DNA of 64,000 nucleotides from Fervidobacterium sp. (GTDB lineage Bacteria; Thermotogota; Thermotogae; Thermotogales; Fervidobacteriaceae), in assembly GCA_049970055.1 (NCBI GenBank), contig JBMFNR010000002.1:180406-244405 (forward strand). Direction: 5' to 3'. A program made the position numbers and the translations under genes. The notes below the pieces were generated by a model. The model saw only the letters and a list, made by a program, of their open reading frames with translations, searched no databases and had not been told where the DNA came from. Below are positions 1 to 9,630 of the stretch, in pieces. Numbering within the stretch: the stretch's first letter is position 1; each line of letters begins with the position of its first letter.

Positions 1-1571
1 TGAAAGCGATTCACCTTTTCAAAAAAGATGTTGACTACATAGTCCACAACGGTCAGGTCTTGATTGTTGATGAGTTCACAGGTCGCGTACTCCCAGGAAG
101 GCGTTATAGTGGAGGGTTGCACCAAGCGATTGAAGCCAAAGAAGGTGTACCTATAAAAGAAGAGAGTATAACTTACGCAACAATCACTTATCAAAATTAT
201 TTCAGAATGTATGAAAAACTTGCTGGAATGACCGGAACGGCCAAAACTGAAGAGCAAGAATTCAAAACAATTTACGGGATGGACGTGGTTGTCATCCCCA
301 CACACAAGTTAATGATCAGGGTAGATCACGACGATTTAATTTATAGATCTGTCGAAGAAAAATACAAAGCTATTGTTCAAGAAATAAAGAAACGTTACGA
401 GAAGGGTCAACCTGTACTTGTTGGAACAACTTCCATAGAAAAGAGTGAAAAGCTCAGCGAGATGTTGAAAAAAGAAGGTATTCCACATCAAGTGTTGAAC
501 GCGAAATATCATGAAAAAGAAGCACAGATAGTAGCTCAGGCAGGCCAAAAAGGCATGGTTACAATAGCGACAAATATGGCAGGTAGAGGTACGGATATAA
601 AATTAGGACCTGGTGTAAAAGAACTCGGCGGACTTGTTATAATAGGTACTGAGAGGCACGAGAGCAGACGTATAGACAACCAGTTGAGGGGTAGAGCCGG
701 AAGACAAGGCGACCCTGGCGAGTCGATATTTTTCTTATCTGTTGAAGATGATTTGATGAGAATATTTGGTGGTGATAGAATACAGAAAGTAATGGATATG
801 GTTAAGATTGAACCAGGGCAGCCAATATACCATCCATTGCTTACTAAGCTCATTGAGCAAGTTCAGAAAAAAGTTGAAGGAATCAACTTTTCTGTCAGAA
901 AATACTTACTCGAACTCGATAGCGTGCTTGATACCCAAAGACGAGCCATTTATGGCTACAGAGATTACATTCTCGAACACGATGTCGATAATTTTATTGA
1001 TGAAGCTATCGAAAATATTGTTGAATCACGAATTGGTGAGTTCTGTGAGGGTATGGAGTGGAACTGGGATGGCCTGAAAGATTCTTTTGCAGTTGTAAAA
1101 GATTTTATTAAGTTAAACGATAAAATGGATGATAAGGAAAAACTTAAAGAAGACATAGTTAACCAGTTGAAAATAGCTTACGAAGAGAAAAAACAGGAAT
1201 TTGGCGATGACTTTGAAAATGTTGCTAAGTTTATAGTGCTCAGGATAATAGATGAGAATTGGAGACAGTACTTAGAAGAAGTTGAGCAAATAAAAGAATC
1301 TATAAGGCTCAGAAGCTATGGTCAAAAGGATCCCGTCTTAGAGTTTAAGAAAGAGACTTACGAAATGTTTAACGATATGATGATGAGAACTTATGAACTT
1401 GCTGTATCTTATTTGCTTAACTTAAGAAGAGTAGACAACAGAGCTGAAGAAGAGAGCAAAAAGGAATTGGCAAGAGTTAGCACGGTCCATGATGAATTTA
1501 AGTTAATAGCTGAAGAAGACAAAAGTGGGCCAGTAAAAAAGAAACCAAAGCTGAAAATTAAAAGGAATTGA
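1..1571 (+). CDS. secA: Preprotein translocase ATPase SecA (5'-truncated by window)
   Basis: [45 protein letters not shown] motifs; frame open back to nt 3. Confidence 0.98.
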   Translation, partial: KAIHLFKKDVDYIVHNGQVLIVDEFTGRVLPGRRYSGGLHQAIEAKEGVPIKEESITYATITYQNYFRMYEKLAGMTGTAKTEEQEFKTIYGMDVVVIPTHKLMIRVDHDDLIYRSVEEKYKAIVQEIKKRYEKGQPVLVGTTSIEKSEKLSEMLKKEGIPHQVLNAKYHEKEAQIVAQAGQKGMVTIATNMAGRGTDIKLGPGVKELGGLVIIGTERHESRRIDNQLRGRAGRQGDPGESIFFLSVEDDLMRIFGGDRIQKVMDMVKIEPGQPIYHPLLTKLIEQVQKKVEGINFSVRKYLLELDSVLDTQRRAIYGYRDYILEHDVDNFIDEAIENIVESRIGEFCEGMEWNWDGLKDSFAVVKDFIKLNDKMDDKEKLKEDIVNQLKIAYEEKKQEFGDDFENVAKFIVLRIIDENWRQYLEEVEQIKESIRLRSYGQKDPVLEFKKETYEMFNDMMMRTYELAVSYLLNLRRVDNRAEEESKKELARVSTVHDEFKLIAEEDKSGPVKKKPKLKIKRN

Positions 1572-1595
1572 TTATCGAACCTTTTGGAGGCGATT

Positions 1596-2327
1596 ATGAG
1601 GATAGAAGGCACCATTTTTAAAGCGGGTGAAATACCTAAGAAGCTTTTTAAGATATTATCTGGAACTGTACGTGAGACAAGAAATAAAACGTATCATGAT
1701 CTTATAAAAGGGGATTATGTTGCTATGATAGAGTATCTTCTCGGTATTCCAGTGGAAGAGGATGTTATTACGCTTGAGGAGTGTGAAATTGAAGAGGTTT
1801 CTTTGGAAGATGAGTATCTGAACATAATTAGGAAGATAATTGAAATTAGAAAAATCATCTACGAAACGTCCGTAAACGTGGACAGCATAGTCTTAGATGA
1901 TTTTAATTTTGAAAATGCCAATTTGGATGAATTTCTTAAGGAAGTTGAGTCTTTATTGACTCTATCTGCCGGTGAATTACCAGAAGATAGAAACGAAGCG
2001 CTAAAAATCATAGAAAAAATAGAAGATGACAAAATTATCACGAAGGTTAATTTAGTTAAAAAATTTGTTGAGAAATTTCCAGACGACAAGTTCGTACCTG
2101 CACTTTTAATCGAAACGGCATCAAAGGTGTATTTAATACTAAACGACAGATACATTGCCAAAAGTCTTTTAAAGAAAGTGTTGATAAGTTACTCACATAT
2201 GCCTTCGTACTGTTACGAAGCTGCAAGAATTTTAAAGAATATATACGAAGATGAGGGAAACGTACTTTGGAGAAGGTATGAAAAATTAGCAAGAGTTATT
2301 GAGGTGATAATGCGTGGAAACTCTTGA
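1596..2327 (+). CDS. Cyclic-nucleotide-binding-like domain protein with helical C-terminus
   Basis: IFKAGE..KLFKILSGTV..GDYV cNMP-fold pattern; GGAGG RBS before ATG 1596. Confidence 0.65.
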   Translation: MRIEGTIFKAGEIPKKLFKILSGTVRETRNKTYHDLIKGDYVAMIEYLLGIPVEEDVITLEECEIEEVSLEDEYLNIIRKIIEIRKIIYETSVNVDSIVLDDFNFENANLDEFLKEVESLLTLSAGELPEDRNEALKIIEKIEDDKIITKVNLVKKFVEKFPDDKFVPALLIETASKVYLILNDRYIAKSLLKKVLISYSHMPSYCYEAARILKNIYEDEGNVLWRRYEKLARVIEVIMRGNS

Positions 2328-2637
2328 TTTTGAAAGTGGTGAGGTAATAATAAGAAAAGGGGAGGAAAGTAAGAGTGTTTACATCCTTAAATCTGGAAGG
2401 GCTAAAGTTACAGTCAGTGGAGTCGAATTTGTTTTGACAAGTGAAAACTCCGATGTTTTTGGGCTTGAAGCATTAGTTGGTGAAAATTACACAGAAACGT
2501 GTGTAGCCATTGAAAATGTTAAAGTTATAAAATGCTCACCGCAAGAATTTATGGAAATATATGCAAAAACAGATGTTGGAAAGAAAGCAATTGAAAGTTT
2601 CATGAAAAGAACAGCTAAAGCTCTTGGCTGGGTTTGA
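2314..2637 (+). CDS. Stand-alone cyclic-nucleotide-binding domain protein
   Basis: GEVIIRKGEESKSVYILKSGRAKV..FGLEAL pattern; GAGGTG RBS; overlaps upstream gene. Confidence 0.75.
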   Translation: METLDFESGEVIIRKGEESKSVYILKSGRAKVTVSGVEFVLTSENSDVFGLEALVGENYTETCVAIENVKVIKCSPQEFMEIYAKTDVGKKAIESFMKRTAKALGWV

Positions 2638-2682
2638 TTTTATATAACATCAAGTTTAAAATAACTTCTGGGGGTGATTTGT

Positions 2683-3090
2683 GTGCATACAAACAGAATA
2701 GACCACATAGGTATAGCGGTTAAGGATGCGAAGGAAAAACTAAAACTATATAAAGATTTCCTTGGGTTAGATATTTCTGAGGTAGAAGAGCTCCCGGAAA
2801 GAGGTCTAAGAGTTTATTTCATAAAAGTTGGTGATACAAGAATAGAATTGCTTGAATCTATGAATGAAAATTCTGAGATTTCTGGATTCTTAGAGAAAAA
2901 AGGAGAGGGAATCCACCATATTGCATTCAATGTTCATGGAATAGATGAAGCTGCTAAATTGGCAAAAGAAAAGGGTTTACAACCTCTATCCGAAGAACCA
3001 AAGCAAGGAGCAGGTGGAACAAAAGTGTTATTCTTGCATCCAAAAACAACCGGAGGAGTACTAATTGAGCTTGTCGAGGGAGAACACTGA
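2683..3090 (+). CDS. mce: Methylmalonyl-CoA epimerase
   Basis: IDHIGIAV, GEGIHHIAF, FLHPKTTGGVLIELVE motifs; GTG 2683 after GGGGTG. Confidence 0.93.
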   Translation: MHTNRIDHIGIAVKDAKEKLKLYKDFLGLDISEVEELPERGLRVYFIKVGDTRIELLESMNENSEISGFLEKKGEGIHHIAFNVHGIDEAAKLAKEKGLQPLSEEPKQGAGGTKVLFLHPKTTGGVLIELVEGEH

Positions 3091-3133
3091 AGCTATCGAA
3101 TATACTTAAGATTTCATATTCACATAGAGGGGA

Positions 3134-4684
3134 GTGGCAGTGATAATGGATGAATTTATACAGAAATTAAAGGAACTGGAAAGTCAAGTAGAACTCGGTG
3201 GAGGAAAAGATAAGATAGATAAGCAGCATTCCGAAGGTAAGCTTACTGCCAGGGAAAGGTTAGAGCTTCTTTTTGATCCGGGAACGTTTGAGGAGATAGA
3301 CAAATTTGTAAAACATAGGAACTCACAATTTGGTTTAGACAAAATGAATTTGCCCGCTGACGGTGTTGTAACAGGAATTGGGAAAGTTAATGGACGTCCA
3401 GTAGCAGCTTTCTCTCAAGATTTCACCGTGCTTGGTGGATCACTTGGCGAGATGCATGCGAAAAAGATTATAAAAATAATGGATTTAGCGATGAAACTTG
3501 GAATTCCACTCGTTGGAATCAATGACTCTGGTGGTGCAAGAATTCAAGAAGGAGTCGACTCGCTTTACGGTTACGGTGAAATATTTTACAGAAATACGCT
3601 TGCATCTGGTGTGATACCTCAGATAACAGTTATTGCTGGTCCATGTGCCGGTGGTGCTGTTTATTCCCCTGCAATTACAGATTTCGTGGTAATGGTCGAT
3701 AAAACAGCACAGATGTTTATAACAGGCCCTAATGTAATTAAAGCGGTTACGGGTGAAGATATTTCGAAAGAGGACTTAGGCGGTGCTTTTGTACATAACT
3801 CAAAAAGTGGTAATGCACATTTCTTGGCTGCCGATGACAAACAGGCTATAGAAATTGTTAAGAAGATAATATCCTACATTCCTCAAAATAGTATGGAAGA
3901 GCCTCCATCGGAGGATAATTACATCGTTCCTGATATATCTGATATTCACACACTTGTCCCAGTGGATTCTAAAAAAGGTTTCGATGTGAGAGAAGTCATT
4001 AAAAAAATAGTTGATTCTAGTACATTCTTTGAAGTACATGAGCACTTTGCAAAAAGTATAGTTGTTGGTTTTGCAAGAATTAAGGGAAGAAGTGTTGGAA
4101 TTATTGCAAACCAGCCAAGTTTTCTTGCTGGTGTACTTGATATAGACTCGTCAGATAAAGCCGCAAGATTTATAAGATTTCTAGATGCTTTTAATATCCC
4201 AATAATAACGTTTGTTGATACACCAGGCTATTTACCAGGAGTTAAGCAAGAGCACGGAGGTATCATCAGGCACGGGGCAAAATTGCTTTATGCATACAGT
4301 GAAGCAACGGTACCAAAGATTACGATAATTTTGAGAAAGGCCTATGGTGGTGCTTACATTGCAATGGGTAGCAAACACCTTGGTGCTGATTTTGTTGCAG
4401 CATGGCCCACAGGAGAGATCGCAGTTATGGGACCAGACGGAGCAGCTAATATAATATTCAAAAAAGAAATCGATTCGTCAGAAAATCCGGAAGAAACTCG
4501 AAAACAAAAGATAGAGGAATATCGGCAATTGTTTGCTAATCCATACGTTGCAGCCTCAAGAGGGTATATCGATGCTGTGATAGATCCGAGGGATACAAGA
4601 GCATGGATTGAAAAGGCCCTTGAATATGGTTCTACCAAGGTAGAACCAAGGCCCAATAAAAAACATGGCAATATACCTTTGTAA
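3134..4684 (+). CDS. mmdA: Methylmalonyl-CoA decarboxylase alpha / acyl-CoA carboxyltransferase subunit
   Basis: GKLTARER, DSGGARIQEG, GPCAGGAVYSPA, RKAYGGAY, KKHGNIPL. Confidence 0.9.
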   Translation: MAVIMDEFIQKLKELESQVELGGGKDKIDKQHSEGKLTARERLELLFDPGTFEEIDKFVKHRNSQFGLDKMNLPADGVVTGIGKVNGRPVAAFSQDFTVLGGSLGEMHAKKIIKIMDLAMKLGIPLVGINDSGGARIQEGVDSLYGYGEIFYRNTLASGVIPQITVIAGPCAGGAVYSPAITDFVVMVDKTAQMFITGPNVIKAVTGEDISKEDLGGAFVHNSKSGNAHFLAADDKQAIEIVKKIISYIPQNSMEEPPSEDNYIVPDISDIHTLVPVDSKKGFDVREVIKKIVDSSTFFEVHEHFAKSIVVGFARIKGRSVGIIANQPSFLAGVLDIDSSDKAARFIRFLDAFNIPIITFVDTPGYLPGVKQEHGGIIRHGAKLLYAYSEATVPKITIILRKAYGGAYIAMGSKHLGADFVAAWPTGEIAVMGPDGAANIIFKKEIDSSENPEETRKQKIEEYRQLFANPYVAASRGYIDAVIDPRDTRAWIEKALEYGSTKVEPRPNKKHGNIPL

Positions 4685-4729
4685 TTTCGCAATTTTCCTT
4701 GAGATTAGCTGAGATTGGTGGGTGGTTAA

Positions 4730-5143
4730 ATGGAAGGAGTGAACGAACTTAGCGTTACCATAGTTGGTATTACGACGGTTTTCATCGTATTTTTCATACT
4801 GTATTACGTTTTCAAAATTATGGAAATTGTTGGTATCAGTAAGAACAAAAAGATTAAAATTCCGGAAGGAAAATCTGAAAATTTAGAGAAGGCTTCAAGA
4901 ACTAATGTAGAAAGTATAGAAGTGCAAAAAACTCCAAAACATACTCCATTTGTGTTAAACCAAGAAGATGAAGAAATTGCAGCAGTTTTTGCAGCGATTT
5001 ACTCTACTCTTGGTGAAAATGTGATTATCAAATCCATTACACCAACAACTTCTATAAATTCTAAAGTAACGTCGCAGAAAAAAGGAACAAGGGGTTGGAG
5101 TGAATGGAGAACATATGGTTGGAGAGGTGGAAATAGATGGTGA
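4730..5143 (+). CDS. OadG/MmdD-family membrane subunit
   Basis: N-terminal TM ([13 protein letters not shown]), [11 protein letters not shown]-terminal WR motif; lies between alpha subunit and biotin carrier. Confidence 0.8.
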   Translation: MEGVNELSVTIVGITTVFIVFFILYYVFKIMEIVGISKNKKIKIPEGKSENLEKASRTNVESIEVQKTPKHTPFVLNQEDEEIAAVFAAIYSTLGENVIIKSITPTTSINSKVTSQKKGTRGWSEWRTYGWRGGNRW

Positions 5144-5586
5144 GAAAATTCGTTGTAAGAGTCAATGGTAGAGAGTATGTTGTAGAGGTCGAGGAGGTGT
5201 CTTCACAGATTCCTCAAACTCAAGCAGTTCATTATTCACAATCTGCACAATCAGCATCTGTTACTTCGTTTAGTCAACCAGAACAACAGGTCAAAGTAAT
5301 TCAGCATTCTCAACAAGAAGTTACACAAGGTGTGAAACCGGAAAAAATTCAGGTAGCAAGTTCTGGAGGTTCTGGATTCAAAGTGACAGCACCCATGTCA
5401 GGAGTTATATTAAAAGTGCTTGTAAGTGAAGGACAAAGAGTAGAGTACGGACAGAAAATTGTCATACTCGAAGCCATGAAAATGGAAAATGAAATAGTAA
5501 CTGACAAACCTGGAGTTGTAAAAAAGGTTCTTGTCAAAGAGGGAGATAACGTCGATACCGGACAACCTTTGGTAGAGATTGAGTAA
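5137..5586 (+). CDS. Biotin carboxyl carrier (MmdC-like)
   Basis: EAMKMENE biotinylation motif; [19 protein letters not shown]-terminus. Confidence 0.93.
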   Translation: MVRKFVVRVNGREYVVEVEEVSSQIPQTQAVHYSQSAQSASVTSFSQPEQQVKVIQHSQQEVTQGVKPEKIQVASSGGSGFKVTAPMSGVILKVLVSEGQRVEYGQKIVILEAMKMENEIVTDKPGVVKKVLVKEGDNVDTGQPLVEIE

Positions 5587-5621
5587 TTAAATAGTGTAAG
5601 TATAGCTATTAACAGATATGT

Positions 5622-5651
5622 GGGCAATCTTTGGGAAAGATTGCCCCTTTT
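5622..5651 (+). terminator. Intrinsic terminator
   Basis: GGGCAATCTT/AAGATTGCCC stem followed by T-rich tract. Confidence 0.8.
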
Positions 5652-5758
5652 ATTATTTTTTTAGTGTATTTCCTTGGAAATTACTTTGCAATCGATTAAG
5701 ATAAAATTGCATCGCGAAAATTATAAACATCTGCCATACTATTAAGGAGGTATGTTGT

Positions 5759-6214
5759 ATGAGAAAGGTACTTATTAGCTTGTTACTTCTGTCAGTTCTC
5801 GGTGTACTTTTTGCAGGTTCTACTCAACTTTCGTTAGCGGGTGGTCAAGGAGTATGGACGCAAACACTGACATTCTCGGTAAAGCAATGGGTTAGAGTAA
5901 CGTGGGACTATGATCCAGCAAATGCAGTTGCAATCGATGATACAACAGGAGAAGCAAACGTAGGAAACTTATCATTCCAGTCGAACAAAGCTTTCAAGGT
6001 ATGGTACTCATCAAGTGTTGTAACGAGTGGAGTTAGTGTAACAATTCAGTCGGTTAAGATAGGGTCAGTTGTTCTTTCAAACAATAGTTCAGCACCAACA
6101 CAAGTTGCAAGCAAAAACCTTTCCGGAGCGTTCATAGTTACATTTGATAGCGGTGTAAACAATTTGGATACAGATTTTTCAGTTAAGTTTGACTTCACAT
6201 TCTTGCCATTCTAA
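5759..6214 (+). CDS. Secreted beta-rich protein, FLPF-family paralog 1 (putative major fibre subunit)
   Basis: AAGGAGGT RBS, signal peptide ending VLFA, C-terminus FDFTFLPF; monocistronic between two terminators; function is inference. Confidence 0.75.
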   Translation: MRKVLISLLLLSVLGVLFAGSTQLSLAGGQGVWTQTLTFSVKQWVRVTWDYDPANAVAIDDTTGEANVGNLSFQSNKAFKVWYSSSVVTSGVSVTIQSVKIGSVVLSNNSSAPTQVASKNLSGAFIVTFDSGVNNLDTDFSVKFDFTFLPF

Positions 6215-6232
6215 ATATCAAACGTGGTAAAT

Positions 6233-6263
6233 AAAAAAGGTGCCGAAAGCTCGGCACCTTTTT
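6233..6263. terminator. Bidirectional intrinsic terminator
   Basis: AAAAAAGGTGCCGA-AAGC-TCGGCACCTTTTT between convergent genes. Confidence 0.85.
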
Positions 6264-6299
6264 ACTTTTGAATACCATCACAAGAGAATCTTTAAGCCT

Positions 6300-7085
6300 T
6301 TAGCCTTCCTCCGTAATTTTTTGGAGTATTTTTATTAGATGATTGTACAGCTGCGTACTAATTTCATACTTTTCAAAGAACTCTTTAAATATTGTTTTTT
6401 CTTTTTCCACAACTTCGAAATCTTTCCTTTTAACGGGACCAGTTAAGGCATCTTTCAGATTACATTTATTTATATTATTTCTAACTGATCCTAAAAGTTC
6501 TGAAATTATCTTCCTTCCCGTTTCATCATTTATACCTAACTCTTTGTATATTAAAAGCGACATATAAACAAGAGCCATTGGAAAATTACTTGAGATCACA
6601 GCGGCTAGATGATACAAAGGTTTTTTTACGGTAGGTATAATGACACTCTTTCCTCCAAGCATTTCGACAACTTCCATAGCTAACTTTACACTCTCTTGCC
6701 AACCTTCTATTCCAAATACAACATTCTTAAAGGAATACCATTCATTTGAAACTGCACAATTAGGGTGCATTGATGCTGGTTTCCATTCTTTAGGCAAGAT
6801 TGTTGATGGGTGAAAACCACTGAAATGTAAAGCGGTAATTTCACCAACTTTTCCTATCAAAAGTTCCTTGGCCTTTGGTAGCACTGAATCGTTTAAACCG
6901 AGAAGAGTTATCCCGTTCAATGTGAAATTCTCTTGGTAAGATACTGGTGTTGCTGATAGTTCAAAAGCAAGATTTTGGGCCTTTAAAAAGTCTCTTGATA
7001 CGATGAATCCAAAACTAACTTTTCCCTTTAGCTGTCTTGCTATCGAACTTGAAACCTTACCGACACCAACGATATTAATCAACAT
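6300..7085 (-). CDS. Rossmann-like/DUF2520 oxidoreductase (PanG-like)
   Basis: GVGKV nucleotide loop, HFSG, SMHP, YHLAAVISSNF, LTGPVKRKD. Confidence 0.85.
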   Translation of the reverse strand: MLINIVGVGKVSSSIARQLKGKVSFGFIVSRDFLKAQNLAFELSATPVSYQENFTLNGITLLGLNDSVLPKAKELLIGKVGEITALHFSGFHPSTILPKEWKPASMHPNCAVSNEWYSFKNVVFGIEGWQESVKLAMEVVEMLGGKSVIIPTVKKPLYHLAAVISSNFPMALVYMSLLIYKELGINDETGRKIISELLGSVRNNINKCNLKDALTGPVKRKDFEVVEKEKTIFKEFFEKYEISTQLYNHLIKILQKITEEG

Positions 7086-7101
7086 AACTTACTTTCATCT
7101 C

Positions 7102-8064
7102 TCATTCGACATTTTTCTCGCATAGCGATTTAAGAACTAGCTTGGCCATTTTTGAACTGCTTTTTACTTCTAAATTTTGATATTTCGAGAGCACGTCGAT
7201 GATACGTTTATTTAATATAACTTCAACATGCTTCTTTGTTCTTCTTTCCGATCTAATTGTTATCTCACCTGTTTCGTGCAGGTTTTTTTTGTGATTTTCA
7301 ATTTCGTTGTACAGTTCATCAATACCTTTTCCAGAGGTTGATACACACATCACTATGGGCTTTTTACTCTCCGAAAACGATAATGTGGTTTCCAAATTGA
7401 TCTTCAATATGTCTGCACCTTCCAAATCCGATTTGTTTATAACGAATATATCACCAATTTCCATTATCCCTGCTTTCATCAGTTGAATTTCATCACCGCT
7501 ACCCGGTGATAATACTAGCACTACCGTATCGGCAACGTACGCAATATCGATCTCACTTTGCCCGGCTCCAACCGTTTCGATGAGTATATAATCAAATCCG
7601 TACAACTTGTATAGTATGATAACACCGAATATAGAGTCATTTAATCCTCCTACACTCCCACGGCTTCCCATACTTCGTATGAAAACGCCCTCGTCTGTAA
7701 AATGTCTTTTCATTCTAATTCTATCTCCAAGTAAAGCCCCGCCTGTGAATGGACTTGATGGATCGACAGCTATAATACCAACCTTTCTACCTTCCTGTCG
7801 TAAACGTGTTACGTACGCATCGACCAAAGTGCTTTTTCCAGCTCCAGGACTTCCCGTAAAACCGACTATGTGTGAATTAAAAGATGAGTTTAATAATAAT
7901 TCACTGTACTTTTCTTCTATCACAAATACTATCTCCGGCTCATTTTCAACAATACTAATTGCTTTTGAAAGAGCAATCTGATTACCTTCCAAAACTCGTT
8001 CCGTCAGTTCCAACAATTTCTCTTTATTATCCTGTTTGTTTTTTAAACCATTTACATCTCTCAT
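7102..8064 (-). CDS. meaB: Methylmalonyl-CoA mutase-associated GTPase
   Basis: [42 protein letters not shown]. Confidence 0.95.
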   Translation of the reverse strand: MRDVNGLKNKQDNKEKLLELTERVLEGNQIALSKAISIVENEPEIVFVIEEKYSELLLNSSFNSHIVGFTGSPGAGKSTLVDAYVTRLRQEGRKVGIIAVDPSSPFTGGALLGDRIRMKRHFTDEGVFIRSMGSRGSVGGLNDSIFGVIILYKLYGFDYILIETVGAGQSEIDIAYVADTVVLVLSPGSGDEIQLMKAGIMEIGDIFVINKSDLEGADILKINLETTLSFSESKKPIVMCVSTSGKGIDELYNEIENHKKNLHETGEITIRSERRTKKHVEVILNKRIIDVLSKYQNLEVKSSSKMAKLVLKSLCEKNVE

Positions 8065-8468
8065 GCTTGTTCTACACCTTGCCCGACAACTTTGTTGATT
8101 TTTTCAACAATTTCGGAAATAGGAGTTCCGGGCCCAAATACGGCTTTAACTCCCATATTCAAGAGTTCCCCCGCATCATCTGCCGGTATTATTCCTCCAA
8201 CAAAAACAGGTACATGGAAATCGTATTTGTCCATGAGTTCAAAGATCCTCTTGCATACACTCATATGTGCTCCGGAGAGAATGGAAAGACCTATGATGTC
8301 CACATCTTCTTGCATCGCGGCCTTTACAATTTCTTCAGGGGTCTGCCTGAGACCTGTGTAGATAACTTCCATCCCTGCATCCCTTAATCCTCTTGCTACA
8401 ACCTTTGCTCCTCTATCATGACCATCCAAACCAGGCTTAGCGATAAGGACCCTGATTCTTCTTTGCAT
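8061..8468 (-). CDS. Methylmalonyl-CoA mutase cobalamin-binding subunit
   Basis: [14 protein letters not shown] (DxHxxG), [14 protein letters not shown]; start ATG 8468. Confidence 0.93.
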   Translation of the reverse strand: MQRRIRVLIAKPGLDGHDRGAKVVARGLRDAGMEVIYTGLRQTPEEIVKAAMQEDVDIIGLSILSGAHMSVCKRIFELMDKYDFHVPVFVGGIIPADDAGELLNMGVKAVFGPGTPISEIVEKINKVVGQGVEQA

Positions 8469-8836
8469 AACCCAAACACTCCCCTTCACAAAGATTTTCA
8501 GTAGACTGTTGTTTTAAAAACCAATCATATTTTACCACCTCGACGATTATTTTCAAATTATCCATATTAGATAAAAGTGTTGATTGGTATTCATCGAGTG
8601 GTAAAAATGACTATTTCGTTCAATAATTAACTTTAACCATATTTTGCACGCAAAGGCAAAGTGTGGTATAGTTCACCTATTTAACGAAACAAATTAACAT
8701 AATAGAAACTGAAATTTAGCCATTGCAGCAATAAAGTTTACAGGTTTTTGTGTATAATTGTAAATGACTCTTAGTAATGTCTCTCCTATTATCTATTGTT
8801 TGGAATTTAGAAGAAAAGCGTATATGGGGTGATAAT

Positions 8837-9586
8837 GTGATAAGATTATTGGGGGATTTTTCGATTGATGAAGCTAAAGACAAAAAGTTTTCCCCGAAGG
8901 AAATTGTTGCGCTTGCTTATGCGTTATTTAAAGGTAAGGATTTTTACATTAATGAACTAGTAGATGTTCTTTCAGAGCCAACCGATGAAATTGAGAAAGG
9001 GTATGTGAAAAAAATTATTAATAATTTGTTAAAGAAATTGGAAGGAGTTGTAAACATAACTGTTGACAAAATGAAAGTAAGATTCACACCGATTGTAGCA
9101 GTTGATGTTATCGAGTTGGAAAAGTGTCTTTCGAAGATTCAAGATTTTGGTAATCTTGAAGAGGGTTTGGTTGATCGGATTTTGGAAATATACAGTGGAC
9201 ATTTCCTCCCATTTATTGATAACATTTGGGTCAAGAGTGTGAGAAATGTCCTAAAGACTATTGTTTTAAAAGTTGTTGTAAGATATTTTTACTCTCAGGA
9301 TATCAACTCACCTAATTCAAAAGCAATTATGCTGAAAATAGCCAAACTTATTCCAGAATTATATTTGAGCTCAAGTACCAAAGAAATGTACAATTATCTT
9401 GAAAAATTCGCGTATGTTAATGTTGGACTTAAAAGCGTGGAAGATTTAACAAGGTCAAATTATGTGAAGGTTATTAAATTGCAAGGCAAAGATTTACAAA
9501 AGCTGATAAGAAATTCCACTCATGTTGATCTGATAGATTCAAATGAATTCATAATGGTTTTTGAAAATGGATCATGCTTCGACTAA
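8837..9586 (+). CDS. SARP/BTAD-like transcriptional regulator (divergent)
   Basis: IRLLGDFSI N-terminus, VDVIELE, IYSGHFLP..NIWVKSVR; GTG 8837 after GGGGTG. Confidence 0.6.
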   Translation: MIRLLGDFSIDEAKDKKFSPKEIVALAYALFKGKDFYINELVDVLSEPTDEIEKGYVKKIINNLLKKLEGVVNITVDKMKVRFTPIVAVDVIELEKCLSKIQDFGNLEEGLVDRILEIYSGHFLPFIDNIWVKSVRNVLKTIVLKVVVRYFYSQDINSPNSKAIMLKIAKLIPELYLSSSTKEMYNYLEKFAYVNVGLKSVEDLTRSNYVKVIKLQGKDLQKLIRNSTHVDLIDSNEFIMVFENGSCFD

Positions 9587-9587
9587 T

Positions 9588-9611
9588 GATGCATAAGTAG
9601 ATGCATAAGTA
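9588..9611. repeat. 12-bp tandem direct repeat (GATGCATAAGTA)x2
   Basis: Two perfect adjacent copies in the spacer between the two regulators. Confidence 0.9.
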
Positions 9612-9630
9612 AAGATTATTCAGCAGCGAG

